NCBI RefSeq assembly: GCF_018977255.1
Contig: NW_024704743.1
Location: 24,120,001-24,184,000, forward strand
Source of the DNA: Callorhinchus milii
Taxonomy: Eukaryota
DNA: 64,000 nucleotides
Reading direction: 5' to 3'
A program made the translations under genes and the position numbers. Of this stretch, positions 12,261 through 23,504 are shown piece after piece; positions within the stretch are counted from its first letter, which is position 1; each line of letters starts with the position of its first letter. The notes below the pieces were generated by a model. That model was not told the origin of the DNA, did not search any database, and was given only the letters and a program-made list of their open reading frames with translations.

Positions 12261-13839
12261 TGCAGTGATAAGATACTGGTAATGGATCTTTGGATATGCC
12301 ATTATTTAATTAGAGATATAGTGGTATCAAATTTATGCCTATCCCTCATTTGGGAATTGAGATAATTTAATAATTCTTGCAGTGTTTTCAATTTTAACCT
12401 TGGATTTGGGGTTCACAATACACAGATGTAGATTGTTTCAAACATTTGAAGAGAGAAGGGAGGGGCAAAATCAATTTACAGTATTTCAAGAGAGAAGGTC
12501 AGAAAGTTGAGCCATTTCTTTGAAGGGAGGATAAATTGCAGGTCTTAAATAATCAGTAAGAAATACATTGACTAGAATTGATTAGGTGATGAAATGTGTT
12601 GTTTAAAGATTTGATGTGTTAAGGGAATGTTTGATGTGTTAAGGGAACATTCAACTCAAATCTGTTTGTAGGACTTTGCTGTGTGCAAAACAGCTCCCTT
12701 GTTGCTGTCAAATACAGTGACTACACTGGACAATAATTATGATACAGTGTAATGGGATGTTTTGATGTGACAGGCATTAGAAAATCCTATCTGTGATGAA
12801 TACTAGAAAGGCTGATAATGCAGAGAGTAGGTCTGACATGACTTGAACGGATGTCATGCAAGTCCCTAAAATCGAATGCGAGACCAATACCAGTGGGAAA
12901 TTTGAGGCACAACCTCCAATCTGTTAATGCCTCCTTGAGTGCAATCCACCTCCTCAAAAATCATGCTTGTGGCACTGCAGTGAGGAGATACACGACTGTT
13001 GTTATGCACAGTTGCACCTCAGCAGCAACAATTTAAATTGCATACGTTGAGCAATGCATCCAGTGAAACAGCTCAGTTCCACATCCACTACAAGTCAGTC
13101 AAGGGACTTTCAAAAATATATTTCTTATTTATTTGCTCACTGATCTGGGAACACTGTTCGGACCTGGAGAACCGTTTTAACTTATAACCTTTGACAGTCA
13201 TGCTAGCTATCATGATCTAGTGGACAGAGAAAATTGTAACTCTGTTCTAGGAACTGTGCTCTGATGATTATTTAATGAAGCACACAAATTACCTTCAGCC
13301 CTGTACGGAGGAGAAAATGATTAAGGTCATAAAAACAGATGGTGTGGAAAATGGAAAATTCCACAGTGGTACAGTACAGAGTCCTCTTCCGATTTTGGAA
13401 AAGGGAAGAGAAGGGTTTACCCTTGCAGTTCGTTATAGTATACATGACTAGAGAGCGCTTCATTAAAAAAAATCAATGTAATTTCATCCAAAGTTATATT
13501 AAGTGTAGCCTAACTCAGTTGAGAGCTCTTCTGAGTCAGAACCTTGTGGGTTCAAGATTTCAGGACTTTGAACTCACAGTCGAGGTTCATGACCACTCTG
13601 AAATCACAGTCTAGGTTTACACTCCAGCAGAGTATTGGGGTGCACTAAATTCTCGAATGTGCCAAATCTCATTCCCTTACTCTTTCCCGATTGTGTCTGT
13701 GCTTGTGTTGTTGCTAGCTCCCCCCAGGAGCTGTCTGCACTAATCACATTCACCTTCGCTTTCGACACTGAAGTTCCACACTACTACTTATGGGGGACAA
13801 GCTAAGATTCTCCTAGACATACTGAATACAGAACATTTT

Positions 13840-14203
13840 GTGGAATCTGTAGCTCAATGGTTAGAGCACTCACCTCGCAAGCGAGAGACCTGGGTTCTAT
13901 TCCCGGCAGGGTGAAATATTGGGCAAGTTTCCTTACTCCACACGCCTCTGTTTACCTAGCAGTAAGTAGGAACCCAGTTGTTAGTCAATTGGCGGATTGC
14001 TTTTCCGGGGATAATAATCCCTCAAAAAAAAACAATAATAATTTGGTCACTCAATCCACAACTGTTTGAGGCACACTACTGTGTGCAATTGACTGCCGCA
14101 TTTCACCCACAAATATAGTCAATTCACTATATATTCTGTGAAGTGCTTTGAGACGTCTAGAAGACGTGAAAAGTGCTATATCAAATGCAAGCATTATTAT
14201 TAT
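13840..14203 (+). mobile_element. tRNA-Ala-derived SINE, full length (long subfamily)
   Basis: Head TAGCTCAATGGTTAGAGCA...CTCGCAA...GGTTCTATTCC; tail gtgaaaagtgctatatcaaatgcaag(att)n. Confidence 0.9.
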
Positions 14204-15029
14204 TTAATGATGGTCTGAGAAGAAGCAAATGCTACCAGTGTGCTACAACTCTGGCTAAGTGTGTTGAGACATTTGCATTAACCAATGACATGTTCTCCAA
14301 TTGTAGCTGCCACTGTATTATCCCAGGAGGAAAGGGTTGTAAGGAAGGTCAGAAGCCACCAGGGTAGAAGCCACTTCACAGACCATATTCACAACACAGG
14401 GTTTTGACAGTCTCGTGGCATGTCATTAATCCTGGCATTCCTCAAACGAACAGTGATATTATGGATTAACAATGGGAATATTGATGCAAATGCCATACTC
14501 TAAAGTTACCATATGACAGCAGTAAGAAAGGAGTAACAGCTGCTACATCTGGACTAAACAGTGATGGGAATGTTATAAATGAGCAAAAGCATTTTCAGAA
14601 TATTCGACAGTGTATCTCACGAAATGATGTTTTGGGGGAAGCTTAATTAGATAAAATAGAAAACGTAAAAATGAGGAGCTTGTCATCCTTCCTGCTCTTG
14701 AATAGAAATCTACAACACAGTATGAGGCCATGATATTACCTGTACTGTATTAGCATTGATGTTTTTAGGCTGAAGGTGATTGTCTTAAAATTTGAGATTT
14801 TGCGGAATTTTTGAAAATAGCTTTGAATTCAGTCGTAATTTGAAGACCAAAAAGAATGGTGAGAAACTGGCATTTAAAGGATTGAATGTAAGATAAGAAA
14901 TAAAGTTATGTGCAATTTTAAACATGAAGATAATGGTCTCAAGAACATGAGAAATGTTGGGACCCAGATCCACTAAAGCTCATTTCAATGCATCGCCTCC
15001 TATAAATATTTTTTNATTTACACTAAACT

Positions 15030-15465
15030 CCATACCCCATCACACCAGTTCTAGCCAGGCTCCACTGGCTCCTTATCGCCAAACAGATCGATTTCAAGAT
15101 CCCCACACTTGTTTTCAAATCCCTTCAGACCCTGGCACCTTCCTACCTCTCCGATCTGCTTACCCCCCAACCTACAACCTGCTGCCTCCATTCGACTGGC
15201 TCCGGCCCTCTGCATGTCATTTGTACTCTCCGTTCCACCATTGGTTGCTGTGCTTTCAGTCACTATGCCCCGAAACTCTGGAATACTCTTCCTCTGTCCC
15301 TCTACCTTGCTCCTTCCTTCCCCATCTTCAGGTAGCGCCTGAAGACCTTTCTATTTAACCGTGCCTACATGGTCACCTGCCCCCGGATCAGTGTCGTGCT
15401 CTGCCATTATCAAGCACTCTGGGACTCTATCCTGCATGAGGGGCACTATATAAATGTGTTGTTGC
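15030..15465 (+). mobile_element. L2 LINE 3' fragment
   Basis: gatttcaagatccccacacttgttttcaaatccc... ending ataaatgtgttgttg. Confidence 0.8.
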
Positions 15466-15829
15466 TACCACCAATTTGCAAGATCAAAAGTTTAGAAACA
15501 ATTGTACAATCTCTATTTCATTCCTTTGCAGTTTAAATAATAACAAACACAATTTAGAAATATGAACTTTAATAAGCATCAAGAAAGTACATTGTATAGA
15601 TTCAAAAGAACTCTGAGTAAAACACTCCTTTTACTGTCGACTACACAGTACAATTAATAGTTACATATGTATGTACTAGTGGCTTTGAATAGGATGTTGA
15701 GGGAATAAAAAGGAGATTACATAATTAAAATAACTCTCCATTTCCTCAAAAGCTTTATTTGACAATTTGCATGAAATTTCTGGGTTGTATAAGGCCATCT
15801 TGCCTGATCCTGAAAATTATAATAAAGTA

Positions 15830-16228
15830 TGCGATTATTAGTGTAATACTTGCATTTGATATAGTAGCTTATCACATCTTCAAGACAACAACAACTTGCA
15901 TTTACATAGCACCCTTCATGCGGAGTAGCGTTCCGGAGTCATCTCAAAGCGCTTCACAGAATATACTGTAAAGAGCATTAACTGTATAGTTTGTGGGCAA
16001 AGCACAGCATCGAACTGGGTGTCCCACAAACAGTCGTGGATTGAGTGACCAAATTATTATTTTTTGAAGGTATTATTACCCCTGCTAAGGCGATCTGCCA
16101 ATGACTAACAACTGGATTCCTACTTTCGGCTCAGTAAACTGAGTAAGGAAACTTGCCCAATGTTTCGCCCTGCCCAGGAATCGAAACCAGGGCTTCTCGC
16201 TTGCGTGGCGAGTGCTCTAACCACTGAA
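15830..16228 (-). mobile_element. tRNA-derived SINE with a short LINE-tail insert
   Basis: Head at 16170-16228; tail interrupted by acaacaacaacttgcattt. Confidence 0.8.
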
Positions 16229-17077
16229 GAACTTCCCTCTCTGCCTTAGAAACCAAACTGCCATTGACCATCTCAAAGAATTGACTCATTTCCAACATCC
16301 CAAACCTACGTACATTTTATAGGTATGTCATCTTAGAGCTGACTCAGCCCGAGAGAGACCCGACTCTCGTTCCTCCCTCCCCTTACCCAGGTGATAAGTT
16401 CAGGTTTGAGAATTCACTAGATAAATAAAGGGCAACCCCTCCTTAACATGGCCATCTTGGTCCAATATCCCGACAGTTGCGTTAAAACAGAGCACAAAAT
16501 TGGTCTGATTTCCAGGTCGCTGAAAATCAACTCAGAAACATATCTTAGGTGTGTCCCTGACCACCTTGAATGATTTGAGATGCAGTAAGTAACCATAAGT
16601 AACACCATAAGAAGGCATTTGGCATATCAGCCATGCTTTATCTACAGAGTTCTGATGAAGGACTAAAACATTAACCTAGATTGCTCTTTCAGATGCTGAC
16701 TGATTTGTTGTACATTTCATGGTTTAATTCAGATATTAACCATCCATTTTGTGTTCTTTTCATCTCTTTCTAGAATCGACCTTATTTATTTTACATTCAA
16801 CCACACCAACTGTAATCTTTTTGGTAAAATCCTGCATGAATAAGCCCTGTACTCCAAAGTTAGTCAATCAAATATTTATCCATATATTTTTATTATTGGC
16901 CTTGTTTATTGATCTTTGCAAGTGATGCTCCCTCTCCCAAAACCATTCATAATTTTGATAACAATAAAATGTTTCCATAGGCCAAATCGTTGTAATGGTT
17001 TATAGCACTATATTACGTTCCATAGCCACTATTAAATAACAAGAATAATGACTGTTGAGCATAATCTTACCAACCTT

Positions 17078-17102
17078 NNNNNNNNNNNNNNNNNNNNNNN
17101 NN
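17078..17102. other. Assembly gap (25 N); single Ns also at 15015 and 47349
   Basis: Seen directly. Confidence 1.
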
Positions 17103-17120
17103 TTACACATGAGTGCACAT

Positions 17121-17180
17121 TTTATTCCGTGTCTGGAATGAAATGTATTCTTGCTCCCTGGAGGGATACGCCTGTTTATT
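17121..17180 (-). terminator. Candidate ROPN1L poly(A) signals
   Basis: Minus-strand AATAAA at 17180-17175 and 17126-17121. Confidence 0.45.
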
Positions 17181-17313
17181 TAATTGCAGAAAGTTTAGGC
17201 GCAAGTTGGCAAGAACCAATGTTTCAAGATCCCAGTGTGCATTGGGGTACTCCTGGAATTTAACCAGTTAAACCGCATAGTTTGACATAGCTTGTCTGGC
17301 CAGGAGGATCACC

Positions 17314-17491
17314 TTAGGCGTCAGGGCTTTGGCTTGCAGGGCTAACAGGAGCTGAGTGGGAAGAATCCTTACCCTGCAGTGACTGGTCTGCTCCTCCCAG
17401 TCCTGCCAATGAGCCAATTACTGGTAGTGTCTTCATGAAGAGTCCTGGTATGGATGTTCCATTACTAATTGATTTTACAACTTTCAACCCA
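17314..17491 (-). CDS. ROPN1L: Candidate ROPN1L terminal coding exon
   Basis: Phase-2 CAG acceptor gives GLKVVKSISNGTSIPGLFMK...SPDA*; AATAAA downstream; weak pyrimidine tract and weak homology. Confidence 0.35.
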
Positions 17492-18312
17492 CTGGCTATA
17501 CATTTTAAAGCATAGTACAGTATAAACCTATCAATAAATGCTGATTTTGTAGCCTTCCTCGTTTTCACAAAATAACACTTGCCACATATTTTATAGTAAA
17601 TTAATCTAAATTTCACTGTTGGTATGCCACAACCACAATAATTTTCATTCTATTTATATATCTATTTGTTTTTCACATAGTAACTAAAGGACAAAATCAA
17701 GAGCAGATAATTACATTCCAGGCCAACAGCCACTATTTATAGTACTTCATTAACTTGCTACAAATTTATGTGACAGCATTTCCCATAACAAATTAGATTT
17801 TACTGCACCCAGTTATTGAGCTCAATGTTGTTTTCAAGTTTATTTGTATTAAATAAATTCAGCCAATGAGCATTTGTTAAGAGTACCTATGTCAAAGACA
17901 GTTAGGCAGATTTTCACACAAAAATTCTTACCAGGTTTTTTCTCATCCTGACCTCTTCTGAATTAGTCGTTCAGTTTGTAATCTTTTTGAGTTTATTTCA
18001 TCATCAAGTGGTCCACTTCCCCAAAAACATATTTCTCAACACATTATGACAGCTTGCCCAAACCTCCAAACTGGTTAATTTGGAAATGACCAAAGTCTCA
18101 CGGCTTTGGATAAACTCACCTTGATGTGATAAAGATTATATCTCATTGCTAGCCACCTATTATCATGTATGCACGTATTCAATGTTCCTTGTAAGTACTG
18201 ACACCACTGTTCACCTACTACTATTGTAAAATCAATGCTGGCTGTACTACCATACTGAGCTAAAGTGGATTCTCCCAACTAGTTATAAAGTTGCACTGAA
18301 TTCCATACTCAC

Positions 18313-18485
18313 ACATCATCCTCAAGTGACAGTATCACAGCTTCAATTTCATTCTCGGGTATCCCTTCAATCTTTGCCAGGTAGGAATACAAATATTTGA
18401 AAATTGAAAATTCAATATAGGCAGCACCTCCAGGTGGGTCATTTGTTAGAATTTCACAGGCATAGGTCATTGCAGCAAGGAGATT
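18313..18485 (-). CDS. ROPN1L: ROPN1L coding exon 4
   Basis: NLLAAMTYACEILTNDPPGGAAYIEFSIFKYLYSYLAKIEGIPENEIEAVILSLEDD; matches the CEILTDDPEGG motif; donor GTGAGT, phase 2. Confidence 0.93.
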
Positions 18486-18619
18486 CTTCAAGAAATAAAA
18501 ATAAATATGTTACCATCTATTTGCAATTGCTTCAGTACCTGTTAATACTTAGAAATTGTGTTTGTTCATGTTTGAGATTTCCACATACACTCTAGAATTG
18601 CTGAAGCAAGAGAATTGAA

Positions 18620-18830
18620 TGGTGGAACTAGGCATCAATGGAAAAGTCTAGTTGAGAGGTATCAAAGGTGCAAATGAGGATTTTGGCCGCTTTTGGTGTG
18701 AAATATTGGCAGGTAATGTGGCAATCGTGTAGAAAAGCATTCTTGGTTAGGGACCCAATGTGAGGAAGAAAGGAAAGTTGAGGATCAAACCAAATGCCAA
18801 GGTTTCGCACTTGGCTCAGTGAATTTGATA
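18620..18830 (-). mobile_element. L2 fragment in ROPN1L intron
   Basis: RNLGIWFDPQLSFLPHI. Confidence 0.8.
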
Positions 18831-18994
18831 GAGTCCAGGAAAGTTGAGCAGAGTTAGCAAGGGAACAAGCGGTGATTACAAATTTTTAAAAACATATATA
18901 TATTCTAATAACTTTTTAACAAGTGTCTGTGGGGGTAATATAACAATATATATCCCCACACATACTTGTTAGGATGTGTAATGCACTGTTAGGA

Positions 18995-19560
18995 ATCTTG
19001 CCAGTCCAGAACCTTGGCATCTTGTTTGACCTTCAACTGTCTTTTCTACCCCACAACCGTGCCATGACCTGCTCTGCTTTCGCCCACCTCTGGAACATCG
19101 CCCAGCTCTGTCACTGTCTCACACCGCAGGCCACTGAGACCCCTCACACACACGTTCATAACATCCAGGCTTGACTATGCAGACTACCTGCATGTCGTCC
19201 TCCCCAATCCTCCCTCCATTGACTACAGATCATCCAGAACTCTGCAGCCCGTGTCCTCTCCCACATCAGGCTCTGTGACCCTATCATCTCCATCATTGCC
19301 TGACTCTACTGGCTTCCCATCACACAGAGCATACAGTTCAAGATCCCGGTCCTCGCCTTCAAGGCCCTCCATAGTCTTCCTCGCCCCCATGCGACCTCCT
19401 AACCGCCTGCCAACCTGCCCGCTCCTCCGCTCAGCGGGCTCTGGCCTGCTTCACATCCCCCGCCTTGCCAGCCCCACCATTAGTGGGCGAGCCTTCTGCA
19501 CTCTGCCCCCACCCTCTGGAACTCCGTCCTGCAGTTCCGCCGCTTCACCCCCTCCCTTCA
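18995..19560 (+). mobile_element. L2 fragment in ROPN1L intron
   Basis: PVQNLGILFDLQLSFLPHNRAM. Confidence 0.85.
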
Positions 19561-20264
19561 CACTGAATAACACAGATAAACAACGCCACTTTGCTCAACA
19601 TAGATCATGCTGATGATTTCATTTATACTTTGCTCAACATGTAGAACAAGGTATTGCAGACTCAAAATCAGGAGCGGAATAATCCTAGCATTTGATTTTG
19701 ATAAATGATGGTAAATAGTCAGTTTGGAAATATCATATTACATAAAGAAATGAATGTGAAATAAGTTGACCATGGTGTCAACAGAAGCATAATATGTTAG
19801 CAGATTTAAGAGGAAATTTGCTAATGGTAAATAATTCAATCACTAGTACGAGATAAAATAATGTAAGATTATTGATATTTATTCTGGTAAAGTACCTCTC
19901 CCAGGTTATTTAGCTGGCAATTAGGCCCTCATCATTGGGTTAAGTCAAATACATGCTCTAAACTGTATTAAAGAGTCTAGATGTAAACATCACTTAAAAC
20001 ATATCATTCTAGAATTTGCTACTTTATTTTAAAACAGCAAGCATTATTCAAAATTGCAAAAAGCTTGATAGCTCCACCTGGTGCTGAAACTAAAATGTTC
20101 ATGGGCATGACACACTATTTACAGGGCAATCTGATCATTAAGCACCTCGCTACAGCTTGGTCACACCTTCAATATAGGTGTTTGGTGGGTCCACTTTTAC
20201 CGTATGTACAGTACATTTCTTGTCTTAGCCAATTTTATTAAAAGCTGCCTTTTATCTGGGAGAT

Positions 20265-20415
20265 CGTTGGGAGAAATTCTATTCTCTTTTCTAAAGCATC
20301 AGAGTATCTTTAATGTCCACCTGAACAGGTATACAAGTCCTTGGTTTAACCTCACATCTGAACGATAACACCTCTGACAATACAGCGCACCTCCAGCTCT
20401 GCATTGGAGTATCAC
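20265..20415 (-). mobile_element. Old Deu-domain SINE fragment
   Basis: tctttaatgtccacctgaacagg...ggtttaacctcacatctgaa. Confidence 0.65.
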
Positions 20416-20503
20416 CAGTGGTAGCCAACCTTACCTATGCTAGTGCGAATCTTAAGCGAGCCACTTATTGACGGCCCTGCAGGCCATGGATTGGCCACCA
20501 ATG
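20416..20503. mobile_element. Very short hAT-like MITE beside the ROPN1L exon 3 donor
   Basis: CAGTGGTAGCCAACC ... GATTGGCCACCAATG inverted termini; no clear TSD. Confidence 0.55.
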
Positions 20504-20538
20504 TCACCAAGATTATAAGCTTCCAAGTATGTACGTAC

Positions 20539-20706
20539 CTCACTCAATGAACTACAAGCAAGAGCTAGGAATTTCATCCATTCAAAATCAACCTTCGGAA
20601 CAATGTTGCCCAGCTCCAAAATTCGCTCTAGATTTTGAATTGGTATTCCCAGTTCTTTCCACTTCTGATTTACCTCATTTTCATTCACGTATATGTTGGG
20701 AGAGAG
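20539..20706 (-). CDS. ROPN1L: ROPN1L coding exon 3
   Basis: LSPNIYVNENEVNQKWKELGIPIQNLERILELGNIVPKVDFEWMKFLALACSSLSE; 168 nt. Confidence 0.93.
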
Positions 20707-21466
20707 CTAAGGTACAGAAGCATTTAAAAGAGCATTTAAACATTGTGATCATAAATAAAATACAGCTTAGTTCATATGGAACAACAATGTAAAACAATTA
20801 ATAAAGTGACCGATCTCAGGACCGGCAATAAAGAGGAGGGTTCCTGGGAACAAAGATTGATAGGAGCGAACTGTTAGTATTGAGTGTAACTACATTTTTT
20901 GAATGTCTCGCATCTGTCTGTGCATTTCTGGCTTTCTCTCCCTCACCTCCTGTCTGTGTTCTCTTTATACCTTTGCTGACTGTGTCTCACTCTGTTGCTT
21001 TCATTCTTTCTCTGAGTCTTTCCCTCCTTCCTTTTACACTTACTTGCTCTTTCCTAACTCTCTCTTCCATGACATTCTCGCTCTTTCTTCTGTCACACAG
21101 TCCCTCACACTCTGTATACTGGACAACCCTGTTAGAAATATGCCTTACTATAATGCAGGTTCCACTTATAACTGGACTGAGCTGTGGATCCCAACATTTT
21201 CTCATCTGAAAATTGAAATTGTGCTATCTAAATTCCATCATCATCCTGAAAAAAAAGTCAACTTCTGGGTCATCACTAACTTAATTTACTCCATTAATAG
21301 GTCCTGGACAAAATGTAAAAGGTGCATACACTGGAAACGCAGAAAACAATGAAGCAAATACAGATTATCTTATTTTTCTAAACTAATTGCCAAATTCTGG
21401 TTGAGAACGTTTCAGTTTTTTTAATATAGTCTCTAATGTTGAAACAGATTTTTTTTTGTATTCTAC

Positions 21467-21590
21467 CTGTTTATGGAGAATCTTTAGCAGTCCAGGTGTA
21501 AGCCCTGTATCAGTCTTCTGCGTTGCCACTGGCATTTCAAGGCGATCCTTCACTGGAAGGGTGTTTCCCTTATACAAAGCTGTAAAATAC
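21467..21590 (-). CDS. ROPN1L: ROPN1L coding exon 2
   Basis: YFTALYKGNTLPVKDRLEMPVATQKTDTGLTPGLLKILHKQ; 124 nt. Confidence 0.96.
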
Positions 21591-21870
21591 CTTTAATGGA
21601 AACATACTACCTGTAGATCATGTACAATTATTAGAGTAATAAGGGCTATTCCAGCAGGTGATTCAGGAGATGATTTGCTTCTGAAAAACATCTTAATATT
21701 TTTATCGATGGTTATGTTACCCAGAATTAAATGCATATAAATGTCTGTGTATGCTTACTTTGATTTAGAATAATCTTGAATAAATGCATCCTAATTTTCA
21801 GGCCAAGATATAAACAAATATAAAGAAGAAATAAGAGTCAAATACTTTAGTTGACAAAGATTTTACTTAC

Positions 21871-22001
21871 GCAGCAGACCACTGAAGAACATCATGTGGC
21901 TGTGTCCTGATAGCAGCCTTTGTAAACTGCTTTAAAATGTCAGGAAACGCAGGGGGTATGTCAATCTGCTGGGCGCAGAACATGGTGTCAGGGAGAGGCA
22001 T
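21871..22001 (-). CDS. ROPN1L: ROPN1L first coding exon (RIIa dimerisation/docking domain)
   Basis: MPLPDTMFCAQQIDIPPAFPDILKQFTKAAIRTQPHDVLQWSA; acceptor ctttcag at 22008-22007, 5 nt before the ATG; donor GTAAGT. Confidence 0.96.
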
Positions 22002-22991
22002 GGTTACTGAAAGAAAGAATGAAAAAAATAAACGTCCAGTGCACCATGAAAATAAGAAAGGACAAATTATAGTTGTAAATCTAATCCAGTCTTGGCTCAG
22101 ATAGTAAACAAAGCAACTTGGATTAAGTGTCAGAGCTGAATATGTTACAGTTCTGACGTGTACATAGGGTTGGCGAAAAACTTTTTTTTCTGATTTTATA
22201 AGACAATATTTTTATTTTTTTACAACAGAAAATGCCATTGACCTGGTTGTCAGGACACCACTATCATTTCCTGTGTACTTTGCATGCATGTTATGCGCAA
22301 GAAGTGGCAATGATATCTGTGGAAATATTTGCTGCCATGTTTGCCTACAAAATACAGTCACCACACAGTGTATCCTGTGAAGTGCTTTAAGATGTCCTCT
22401 CAACACGAAAGGCACTACAAAATGCAAGGATTATTATTACAGTAAAACTCACACAAGTCGTATCAGTTGGGACCATAACATTTAACATGACTTATGCAAT
22501 GTATGAGTTATGGCAAACCTGTATAAGTTGCATCATATATGATCTATGCAAAGTTATGTATAAGTTGGATTTTATATGATTAATACATAACACATACACA
22601 AGTATTTTACTGGCTGGGGACATTAAGGCAAGCTTTCTGTGCCATGTTTAACTCATTCATATTAAAGCTATGACAGCCTTTTCTTTTCATATACTGTACA
22701 GTACTGTATCTCATATGCAGAAAACATGTACTGTACAATGAGTGGCACAACCAAACGTGTTTCAAATCAGAACTGTTTTATTAGAATATATACTCTTACA
22801 AAGATTGTTCCACGTAGAGCAGGATGGTCCAGCCTTTTTGGCTGTTGAGGGCGTGATGCCCTCAGCATCAGTTTTGAGAACCACAAAATTCTGCCCTCAC
22901 TTCCTCTCTCCCTCTGTTGTCTCTCTGAATCACTCTCTCTCTCTGCTCCTCCCTCTGCCCCCGCTCCCTCAATCACTCCCCACTCCCTCTT

Positions 22992-23238
22992 TAATAGTAA
23001 TAATCCTTGCATTTGATATAGCGCTTTTCACAGTCGTGACCAAATTATTTTTTTTGAGGAATTATTATCCCGGGAAAAGCAATCCGCCAATCGACTAATG
23101 ACAGGGTTCCTACTTACTGCTAGGTAAACAGAGGCGTGTGGAGTAAGGAAACTTGCCCAAGGTATCACCCTGCCGGGAATCAAACGCAGGTCTCTTGCTT
23201 GCGAGGCCAGTGCTCTAACCACTGAGCTACAGGACTCT
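22992..23238 (-). mobile_element. tRNA-derived SINE, internally deleted
   Basis: Head, CORE-like middle and tail; Deu segment missing. Confidence 0.85.
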
Positions 23239-23350
23239 TTCTCAATTAGCTGGGGGTATACAATAGCATGAAATGGGAGTAATGGATGAAATGGGATGAA
23301 CAGTGGCAGCTTAATGAAGCAAAATGTGAACCAATCTCTTTTACAGAAAG

Positions 23351-23504
23351 GAAAGTAACAGTAAGAGGATCAAGAGCCCCCCCCATCCCAGGAAAGCAAG
23401 AGACAGTAACAGTGAGAGGAACAAGATCCCCTCCCCCCCGAGGAAACAAGAGAGAGTAATAGTGAGAGGACACTCCACCCCCTCCAAGGAAGCAAGAGAG
23501 AGTA
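23351..23504. repeat. ~48-bp degenerate minisatellite; continues at 24987-25042
   Basis: Units AGAGAGTAACAGTGAGAGGA..CCCC..AGGAAGCAAG. Confidence 0.8.

Noticed and set aside
12610..12647. Short tandem duplications, also near 38244, 50231 and 60079
   Set aside because: Ordinary slippage duplications with no functional signal
13845..13912. tRNA-Ala-like cloverleaf, also in other copies
   Set aside because: Always fused to the SINE body and tail, with mismatches; SINE head rather than tRNA gene
17931..18070. Exon-like segment with GTAAGA donor
   Set aside because: Stops in the frames examined, and only about 49 nt from the upstream candidate donor
20880..21352. ORFs over a CT-rich tract
   Set aside because: Low-complexity intronic pyrimidine sequence
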